Program-made: the position numbers and the translations under genes
DNA from: Candidatus Cloacimonadales bacterium
GTDB taxonomy: Bacteria; Cloacimonadota; Cloacimonadia; Cloacimonadales; JAIOQZ01
Reading direction: 5' to 3'
Assembly (NCBI GenBank): GCA_963665815.1
Contig: OY762463.1
Location: 1,856,001 to 1,920,000, forward strand
DNA length: 64,000 nucleotides
Shown here: positions 40,524 to 48,531 of the stretch, in pieces
Layout of the letters: each line of letters begins with the position of its first letter
Numbering within the stretch: the first letter of the stretch is position 1
The notes under the pieces: model-generated
The model's input: only the letters and a program-made list of their open reading frames with translations
What the model was told of the DNA's origin: nothing
The model's database searches: none

Positions 40524-42053
40524 TTACTTAATTAATACAGCTTTGGAACTGAGAGAATAATTACCAGTTTTCAAAACCATAAGATATACTCCACTTGAGA
40601 CATTAATCCCATTTTCATTAATTCCATTCCACTTAAGAATATTAGTTCCTTTCCGGAATGTTCCTTCTTTGATTGTCCTTATTTTCTGGCCTTTAACATT
40701 ATAAACACAGAATTCACCTTCTGCGGCTTCAGTCAGGTCAAATTTTATTGTTGTCTCCGGATTAAACGGATTCGGATAAATATCCATTGAATTGTCATAT
40801 TGTACAACATCCTCAGATATTCCCACTGTTAAACTCAGCAGATCATCTCTGTTAAGTTCTGTAGATGGTGACTGATATGCCGGTGCAACACCTGCTACAG
40901 CCCATCGAATATACCCCGAAGAAGGTACATACTGAATAACATGAAGATTATGCATTACACCACAGGCATGATACATTAATGACAGACTTTTCTGTAGTGT
41001 TACATTTGTTGTATCTTCTATTGAACTTGAAAGAGCTGAATATCTGGAGCATGCTGAAGGAGATATCAATTCTCTGAAATGGTTTGTTGCAGCAAGATTA
41101 TCACCTGCAATAGCCGTATTGTCTGTCACATTTCTGCTGGTTAACCCAAGATTATCATTTATTTCAAATACTGTTGCAAACTCATACTCAGCCATATGTG
41201 TTACAGACTGCACAATAGCACCAAAAGCACAATTATCATCGGTCAGTGCTTGTCTTACATCATCAATGTTTGATACATTATCATCATTACAGTCTCTGCT
41301 TTCTACAGCTTTTCTGAGAGTTAATAATATTGGACTATATGTGTGTCCGGGAACTCTCGTATTATCATTTCCCATATTCTGGAAAACTGCCACGCCACTC
41401 TCATTTATTGCAGAAAGCGCTCCAAACATACCCGGGAATCCAAAGGAAAACCATGGTTGCTCATCGACTTCAGATGGTTCATGCACAATAATCATTGAGT
41501 TTGAACTGAGATGAGAGCTTACTGACCAGTCAAGATATCTTGTAATAACCAGTTCACCATTTAAATTATCATTTTGAGTAGCATTACCCCAGCTTGTCAG
41601 ACTTGAACATCCACCTGTATGTTCCGGATCACAATATCTATTGAAAGTCGTAGAAAGATCCGGTATTGTGTTGCATATAAGAACATCTATATAATCAATA
41701 TCCCTGTTTAAATAAGTAGAATGAACTGATGCTCCTGCGTCCTGAATACCTGTAACAATTGCCATTGCCTCTGTAACATATAAAGAATCACATACGAAAT
41801 TTGCTTCAAAATATGATCTCATTCCATTGTAATATTGAGATTGCCCCATAAGCATAGTTCCTATGACATAGTTATCGAATACCTGAAGAAATTTTTCGGC
41901 AACAAGATAACCGTGAGCATAACCTCTTTCCTGATGCGTTCCCCATAATTTCATTACGGTTTTACCATTAACATCAGTTATAAAACCATTGACTTGTCCA
42001 AAAATTGATATAACAATTGTTAATAAGAGAATTAGCATTATTTTCTTTTTCAT
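40524..42053 (-). CDS. Secreted C45-family Ntn-hydrolase with FlgD-Ig/T9SS-type CTD
   Basis: Signal peptide; GTHQERGYAHG, GGCSS autocleavage Cys, RYLDW, INESG and TNHF motifs; YPNPFNPET..KAVLIK. Confidence 0.82.
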   Translation of the reverse strand: MKKKIMLILLLTIVISIFGQVNGFITDVNGKTVMKLWGTHQERGYAHGYLVAEKFLQVFDNYVIGTMLMGQSQYYNGMRSYFEANFVCDSLYVTEAMAIVTGIQDAGASVHSTYLNRDIDYIDVLICNTIPDLSTTFNRYCDPEHTGGCSSLTSWGNATQNDNLNGELVITRYLDWSVSSHLSSNSMIIVHEPSEVDEQPWFSFGFPGMFGALSAINESGVAVFQNMGNDNTRVPGHTYSPILLTLRKAVESRDCNDDNVSNIDDVRQALTDDNCAFGAIVQSVTHMAEYEFATVFEINDNLGLTSRNVTDNTAIAGDNLAATNHFRELISPSACSRYSALSSSIEDTTNVTLQKSLSLMYHACGVMHNLHVIQYVPSSGYIRWAVAGVAPAYQSPSTELNRDDLLSLTVGISEDVVQYDNSMDIYPNPFNPETTIKFDLTEAAEGEFCVYNVKGQKIRTIKEGTFRKGTNILKWNGINENGINVSSGVYLMVLKTGNYSLSSKAVLIK

Positions 42054-42447
42054 ACTCATTCCTGTTTTAAATTTTATCTGCTATATTTGATTATACATTT
42101 TCTGTCAAGGTTTTGAGTCCGATTATTTAAATAAATAATTTCTTCAGCCATTTTGTAATGCAAAAGATCTTTACATAGTTACAACAGCTTTTCTTGATTT
42201 CTCTCGAAAATAAGTGTTGAGTTCTTATCTCATTCAAGTATAATGCTTTCATCTTCTCTGACATCCGGGATATGTTAAAAGATTTCGATAGTATGCAAAG
42301 CTGTCATCCATTATAGTAAAAAATTGGAATCCCCCGTTTTTTCTTGAAAATCTGACTTCAAGAAAATTGGAAGGATTTTTAGCAGACATTTCTTAGAAAA
42401 ATGCATTCTTCATTTTCTTTGGGTTTCGGGGGGATGCATGCTATTGT

Positions 42448-42478
42448 AAAAAAGCCTGCCGGATTAATCAGCAGGCTA
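42448..42478 (-). terminator. Intrinsic terminator after the second CTD paralog
   Basis: AGCCTGC..GCAGGCT stem followed by a T run on the minus strand. Confidence 0.75.
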
Positions 42479-42522
42479 TAGAAAACGCAATTTTGTATGA
42501 ATTAATTTGATTTAGTTTGTTA

Positions 42523-44820
42523 TTATTTCAGCAATACTGCTTTAGTAATGTCTGTTGCTTCGTTTGTTTTAACTTTAATGAAGTAAACACCGGATGCAGA
42601 GTCTGTATTACTATCTGTTTTTCCATCCCATTTCAATGCTTGCTTACCTGCACCAAATTTCCTGTCAGCTAATTGTCGAACCTTCTGTCCTTTTATGTTG
42701 TATACTGCAACATCAACATTCGATTCCTTCTTCAAATTGAACTGAATATTTGTTTCAGGATTAAAGGGATTTGGATAATTATTTAATTGAAGTCCATTAT
42801 AATCAGATGCAAGTTCTTGATCTTTTATACCTAACCTGTCAAGATCAACATCAATCACTCCATAGTAGACAGCTCCACCCTCATCGTCAACAGTATCATC
42901 TTCATTTTCCTGTACACTTGATCCATATTTGTTATCAGCATAGAATGAAACATGTAATCTGGCAACTTCAGGTGATGGTTTTTCTATTGTATTTCCCATA
43001 GTCCAGTAGACTAGGCTTTCATTAGGAAATTGAGTCCTTAGCTGTTGATCATAGAAGAAGTTCACAGTATCCGGAGGACCTGTCTGATTTTGGTAAATCT
43101 CTGTATCATATACATTGTAAAGTTCTATCGGATCCGACCAGTGATTCCCATTATCTACTGATAATACAATATGACAACCTGGACGTTCAAACATTGGATG
43201 AGTATTCAAACCAGCATCGTGTGTCCTGAAGTTCATAGCACCTTCACCATACATTGCTGCAAGCCATCTTCCGTCCTGTGATCGAGCATATCTGAAATAA
43301 TTTTCATGGAAATCCTGATCAAGGTCATGATGCCAGAGTGGTAGAAAATACTGATTCCAGGTCCAGTGCCTTAATGTATCAAGTGCACCGTCATTATCTA
43401 CATCCCAAGGTGCTCTCGGAAATACATCATCACTTAAATATGAACCATCAGGAGCTTTATTCTCAGGATGTACCGGATTAAATGTTATCATCTCCTCTTC
43501 ACTTGCCGCATCAGGATCAAACACAAATTCAATAACTTTTGTATTCATGTAAAAAGAGGTTATCATAGTGTCTGTTCCGGTATAGTTATAATACTTTGGA
43601 GTCAGTGTACTCATAACATGAAAACGACCATAATTGTCCTGAGTTGCATTCATATGAGAGCCAAAATAAATACTCCAGAAAAGACTGTCTCCAGCTGAAA
43701 TATTACCCGTTGTTGGGAAATATGAGTAAAGAGTATCTGTTTGCGGATCTCTGAACTGAGGATTTTCGAATTCGAAACTTATTCCCTGGTCGTGAGATAC
43801 AAACTCTCCCTCGCCGTAATTATTGTTATAGTATGATCTTATCGTAGGAGTCATCAATCCGAATCGATCAACTACTCCCGTTTTGTAGTAATATCCGAAC
43901 AACACTATTTCCTGACCATTTTCAGATACGCATATTCCTTTCTGAAACCTACCCCATTCATCATTGACATACATGTTCCAGTCATTCAATTCCTGAAATG
44001 TCTTGTATGTCCATCCGTTATCATCAATCTGACCTGTATTATCATTCAGATCTGCATAGGCAAATAGAATATTTTCGGAAGCTGATGCTGTAGTATCAGT
44101 GCCTGTTATCGGATTATGCGATTTATTGTTACTGGCAAACAGAAATATTCTCGAAACATCGTTATCCATTCGTCTGATGAAAATATTTGGCCAAACATAC
44201 TGATCATCTACCTGAGTTCCATAGTTACCGCCGTAATCTGAATTATCAAACACACTGATAGATGTATAACTCAGATCTTCGAGCAGGGAATACTGATCCA
44301 TAACAAGTTTTATTTCAAACTCATTATCACCATCATAATCGCTATGAAATGCAATATAAGTTCTCTGAGTCACAGGATCAATTGCCAGACTTCCATAACC
44401 TTGTCTTTGGGTAGCCGATGCTACACCAGAATTAAAGTTGACAGTTCCGTCATATCCTACCATGTAACTTTTAACATATCTGTCAGTGTTTTGCTGGATC
44501 TGTAATGACATAACCATCTGATCTCCCAGAGTGACACCGGGATTAATCGCTGCAGGGAATGGATCCTGCTTAACAATTGGATTTGTATTATAGCTTGATG
44601 GGAAATAATCATATTTTGAAGTTGTGATCAAGCTGGGAGCAACATGCCAAAAATAAGTAATGTCCTTATCATCGTCTGATGCTCTCTCCTTCAATTTGAA
44701 ATTAGAATTTTTTGCAGGAACATACCTTTTAGAAACTGAATCATCTCTTTTCATGTAATCATCCGCCAAAATCACTACTGAAAAAGAGATAATAATTACA
44801 AATACAAGTAATTTTCTCAT
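42523..44820 (-). CDS. Secreted acidic protein of unknown function with T9SS-type CTD (paralog B)
   Basis: Signal peptide MRKLLVFVIIISFSVVILA; BNR-like SVDNGNHWSDP; NYPNPFNPET..KAVLLK. GGAGG RBS supports start 44820. Confidence 0.8.
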   Translation of the reverse strand: MRKLLVFVIIISFSVVILADDYMKRDDSVSKRYVPAKNSNFKLKERASDDDKDITYFWHVAPSLITTSKYDYFPSSYNTNPIVKQDPFPAAINPGVTLGDQMVMSLQIQQNTDRYVKSYMVGYDGTVNFNSGVASATQRQGYGSLAIDPVTQRTYIAFHSDYDGDNEFEIKLVMDQYSLLEDLSYTSISVFDNSDYGGNYGTQVDDQYVWPNIFIRRMDNDVSRIFLFASNNKSHNPITGTDTTASASENILFAYADLNDNTGQIDDNGWTYKTFQELNDWNMYVNDEWGRFQKGICVSENGQEIVLFGYYYKTGVVDRFGLMTPTIRSYYNNNYGEGEFVSHDQGISFEFENPQFRDPQTDTLYSYFPTTGNISAGDSLFWSIYFGSHMNATQDNYGRFHVMSTLTPKYYNYTGTDTMITSFYMNTKVIEFVFDPDAASEEEMITFNPVHPENKAPDGSYLSDDVFPRAPWDVDNDGALDTLRHWTWNQYFLPLWHHDLDQDFHENYFRYARSQDGRWLAAMYGEGAMNFRTHDAGLNTHPMFERPGCHIVLSVDNGNHWSDPIELYNVYDTEIYQNQTGPPDTVNFFYDQQLRTQFPNESLVYWTMGNTIEKPSPEVARLHVSFYADNKYGSSVQENEDDTVDDEGGAVYYGVIDVDLDRLGIKDQELASDYNGLQLNNYPNPFNPETNIQFNLKKESNVDVAVYNIKGQKVRQLADRKFGAGKQALKWDGKTDSNTDSASGVYFIKVKTNEATDITKAVLLK

Positions 44821-45007
44821 TTCTTCCTCCATGAGTACTTTACACAATAACCAGGACAAAAATCATTATTGAGGTTCATGAATTTTGGAATTCATTTGGA
44901 AACTCCTTAAAGTTAATTGTCTTGAGGTGACAATGATGATTTTCAAATCCCATCATCGACTCCTATCAGTGCAAAGATATCTCCTTAATTCATACAATTA
45001 AATATGA

Positions 45008-45023
45008 AGCAAAAAATATTCCT
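45008..45023 (-). promoter_or_regulatory. Possible sigma-54 promoter of paralog B
   Basis: AGGAAT-ATTTT-TTGCT with GG-N10-GC spacing, just downstream of the paralog A terminator. It has A instead of T before GG. Confidence 0.4.
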
Positions 45024-45064
45024 AATCATTAATGAATTGATATTTTTTTATTGATTTATTCAAT

Positions 45065-45099
45065 AAAAAAAAAAGAGAGGAGCAAAATTACTCCTCTCT
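45065..45099 (-). terminator. Strong intrinsic terminator ending the TBDR-PorV operon
   Basis: AGAGAGGAG..CTCCTCTCT stem followed by about 10 T on the minus strand. Confidence 0.85.
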
Positions 45100-45120
45100 C
45101 TAAGCTTTAAAGCATTTATA

Positions 45121-47421
45121 CTATTTCATGAGTACTGCTTTTTTAACATCTGTAGTTTCACCTGATTGTACTTTAATAAAGTATACACCTGATGATACAG
45201 ATTTGCTTGAATTATTGTCACCTTCCCATGTAAGTGTACGTTTTCCAGCCTGCATTTTTTCGTCTGCAAGTGTTTTCACGAGCTGACCTTTTACGTTATA
45301 AACGCTTACGTTAGTGTGAGCATCTTTTTTAAGGTTGAAGCTGATTGTTGTTGTTGGGTTGAATGGGTTAGGATAATTGCTTAATTCAAGTCCATTGTAT
45401 TCCGGAGCTGAAGAATTATTGTTACCAACATGTTCTAATTTAGCGTAATCAATATCAATTACACCGTAGTATATTGTTCCACCTTCTTCATCTACTTCGT
45501 CACCTTCATTATCCTGAATAGATGAACCGTATTTGTTATCGGCATAGAATGCTATAGGAAGACGTGCTTCTCTTGGTCCTATTTTTTCAATTTTGTCACC
45601 CATATACCAGTAAATAAGTGATTCATTAGGGAACTGTGAACGAAGAAGTTGATCGTAGAAGAAGTTTACTGTATCAGGATTGTTTGGATCATCCGGATTG
45701 TCGTAAATTACTGTATCATAGATGTTATAAAGTTCGATAGGATCTGACCAGTGATTACCATCATCACCGGAAATCACGATGTGACATCCTGGTTTTTCAT
45801 ACATAGGGTGTGTATCAAGCTGGTTATCATGAGTTCTTTTATTCATTGCACCTTCGCCATACATGGCAGCAAGTAAGTGTCCATCTTCGCTGCGTGCATA
45901 TCTGAAATAGTTTTCATGGAAAGCTTGATCAAGTTCATGATGCCATAATGGAAGGAAATACTGATTCCATGTCCAGTATCTGAGAGTATCTCTTTCACCG
46001 TCAGCGTCAACATCCCATGAAACTCTTGGGAACACGCTGTCATCTAGATAAGTACCATCAGGCATTTTATCTTCTGGATATACCGGATTGAATGTAATAC
46101 GTTCTTCGTCTGTGGCTGCATCAGGATCAAAGATGAACTCAATAACTTTTGTACTGAAATAGAATACATAACCTAAAGTATCAGCACCATCGTATGAGTA
46201 GTACTGAGGGCAGATAGTATTCATTACGTGGAATCTACCTTGACCATCTTGAGTAGTCATTAAGTGTGATCCGAAATACAGATCCCAGAAAAGGCTGTCA
46301 TTTTCCATGATGTTATCATCTGTTGAGAAGTAGTAATACAGTGTATCTGTATCAGGATCTCTGAACTGAGGATTTTCTTGAGGAAGATTGATATCTTTAT
46401 CAAAAATATCGAAATCACCTTCGCCGTAATTATCGTTATAATAAACTCTCATTATTTGTTTTCTGAAATTGAAACGATTTCTTGTATCATCTTCTGTATA
46501 GTAACCGTAAAGAACAATTTCTTGTCCGTTTTCTGAAACATAAATACCTTTTTGGAAACGTCCCCAATTATCATTGTCATAGTTATTCCATGCATTCATT
46601 GTAGGGAATGTTTTGTATGTCCATGCATCATCAGGGATAACGGCTGATGAACCTGTAATGTCAGCATAAGCAAAAAGAACATTTTCTGAAGCTGCTGCTG
46701 TAGAGTCATCACCAGTAATAGGGTTATGTGACTTATAGTTGTTACCGAAAAGAAAGATCCTAGAAACACCATTAGGCATAGTTCTGATAAACATTGTAGG
46801 CCAGATATATTCATCATCAACCTGTGTTCCGGCTGTTCCACCGTAAACCTCGTTATCAAAAGAACTAACTGCAGTATATGAAAGAGCTCCGGTAATTGAA
46901 TACTGGTCTGTTACTGCTTTCATTTCATATTCACCGTCACCATCAAAATCTGAGTGGAATGCGATGTAAGTTCTTTGAGTATTAGGATCGATTGCAAGAG
47001 TAGGATAACCTTGTCTCTGTGTAGCTGATGCAACACCTGCATCATCAACTTGAGTACCATCGTTGCTTACAAAGTAACCTTTTACATAACGGTCTGTGTT
47101 TTGTTGAACTTGAAATGTCATAACCATCTGGTCACCGAGATCACCGGCAATACCAGAAAATGCTTTTTGATATGTAAGTGGACGATTCTGATATGCTCCA
47201 GGGAAGTAATCATATTTTGAATCGACAACTGGTTGCGGAGCTACATGCCATGAATATTCAATATCCTTTTCATCGTCAGAAGCTCTATCCTTAAGTATAC
47301 TCTGTGGGTTTTCCACAGCAAATTTCTTTGACTGTTTCTTCGGCTGAGATTTCATAAAATCAGCTGCAAATAATCCTAAAGAAACAGAAAGAATAAGAGT
47401 TATTATTAATAACTTTCTCAT
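45121..47421 (-). CDS. Secreted acidic protein of unknown function with T9SS-type CTD (paralog A)
   Basis: Signal peptide; long blocks shared with paralog B (GVASATQRQGY, WGRFQKGI, WTWNQYFLPLWHH); SGDDGNHWSDP; NYPNPFNPTT..KAVLMK. Confidence 0.8.
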   Translation of the reverse strand: MRKLLIITLILSVSLGLFAADFMKSQPKKQSKKFAVENPQSILKDRASDDEKDIEYSWHVAPQPVVDSKYDYFPGAYQNRPLTYQKAFSGIAGDLGDQMVMTFQVQQNTDRYVKGYFVSNDGTQVDDAGVASATQRQGYPTLAIDPNTQRTYIAFHSDFDGDGEYEMKAVTDQYSITGALSYTAVSSFDNEVYGGTAGTQVDDEYIWPTMFIRTMPNGVSRIFLFGNNYKSHNPITGDDSTAAASENVLFAYADITGSSAVIPDDAWTYKTFPTMNAWNNYDNDNWGRFQKGIYVSENGQEIVLYGYYTEDDTRNRFNFRKQIMRVYYNDNYGEGDFDIFDKDINLPQENPQFRDPDTDTLYYYFSTDDNIMENDSLFWDLYFGSHLMTTQDGQGRFHVMNTICPQYYSYDGADTLGYVFYFSTKVIEFIFDPDAATDEERITFNPVYPEDKMPDGTYLDDSVFPRVSWDVDADGERDTLRYWTWNQYFLPLWHHELDQAFHENYFRYARSEDGHLLAAMYGEGAMNKRTHDNQLDTHPMYEKPGCHIVISGDDGNHWSDPIELYNIYDTVIYDNPDDPNNPDTVNFFYDQLLRSQFPNESLIYWYMGDKIEKIGPREARLPIAFYADNKYGSSIQDNEGDEVDEEGGTIYYGVIDIDYAKLEHVGNNNSSAPEYNGLELSNYPNPFNPTTTISFNLKKDAHTNVSVYNVKGQLVKTLADEKMQAGKRTLTWEGDNNSSKSVSSGVYFIKVQSGETTDVKKAVLMK

Positions 47422-47462
47422 TTTTTCCTCCTCAATTCATACAATTTATATTGTTTTAGCAA

Positions 47463-48521
47463 TTAATATTCCATTTTTATTGTTAAACGGTGAGCACTTT
47501 CAATGAATGACTCTTCAAGCCATCCCATTCTTGAATATGAATAATCAACACTGAATATACCTATTGATGACGGTATTTTTAATCCTAAACCATAGTTAGA
47601 AGGCATAACGGCTTCAAAACCATCGTATCTTTCTTCAAGGTCAGTATTAAATTGTTTACCGGTTCTTAAGTATAAAAGACTATATTTGTACTCAAATCCA
47701 AGGTTGAAGGATTCTCTTCTGTCAACACAGTTGTTGATCTGAAAAGCTCCCATAAGGTATGTAAGATCTTCTCTTGTCTGATACAGATCGATAGAAAGCC
47801 CGAATGAAAAATTCATTGGTATTTGAGATGTAAGATTGTCACCATCTTCATCAACTTCACCATCGCCATCATTATCAAGCAAATCGAACGGATCTTCACC
47901 ACTTCTGCCATCACCATCCTCATCAATATCAAACTCAACTTCACCACCGAAATTGCTCAAAGCCATACCAATAGTAAGGTTTCTCCAGTGTGTGTTATAC
48001 TGAGATCCAATATCAAATGCAATAGTATTTACTGCGTATTTATACAATTCTTCTCTGAGATATTTACCTGTAAATCCAAATGAGAACTTATCAGTAAATT
48101 GTCTACTGTATGTAAGACCAGTACTGAGAGCCATACATGTAAACTTTTCACCTGTGAATCCTTCTTCTTCTGTTGTGATTTCCATATCATCCATATGCAT
48201 CATATAAGCATGGAATGCAAATACTCCGAGATCATTGTAAAAGGATGCTGCAAAATAATCAAACATAATGTCTGCAACATAATCAGTATGAGAAAAGAAA
48301 AGCTGATTCTTCTCTTTTAAAGCAAGACCACCTGGATTCCAGTATGTAGATGAAATATCATCTGATACTGCAACATAGGCTTCTCCCATACCAATCGCGC
48401 GTGCATCTGTGGTAATTTTCAGAAACTGCATATCTGCAGTACCTGTTTTTGAGAAAACTTCTGCAAACATGTTTGAGGCAAAAAGAGAAATTACGAATAG
48501 TGTAATAAGTATTTTTTTCAT
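47463..48521 (-). CDS. PorV/PorQ-family outer-membrane beta-barrel
   Basis: Signal peptide; KTGT..QFLKI..DARAIGMGEA..DISSTYWNPGGL; C-terminal DYSY..HRLTIKMEY. Confidence 0.8.
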   Translation of the reverse strand: MKKILITLFVISLFASNMFAEVFSKTGTADMQFLKITTDARAIGMGEAYVAVSDDISSTYWNPGGLALKEKNQLFFSHTDYVADIMFDYFAASFYNDLGVFAFHAYMMHMDDMEITTEEEGFTGEKFTCMALSTGLTYSRQFTDKFSFGFTGKYLREELYKYAVNTIAFDIGSQYNTHWRNLTIGMALSNFGGEVEFDIDEDGDGRSGEDPFDLLDNDGDGEVDEDGDNLTSQIPMNFSFGLSIDLYQTREDLTYLMGAFQINNCVDRRESFNLGFEYKYSLLYLRTGKQFNTDLEERYDGFEAVMPSNYGLGLKIPSSIGIFSVDYSYSRMGWLEESFIESAHRLTIKMEY

Positions 48522-48531
48522 TTTTTACCTC

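Noticed and set aside
42124-42264. 46-aa minus-strand ORF MSEKMKALYLNE...KKLLFK
   Set aside because: No clear RBS or recognisable motif; compatible with chance.
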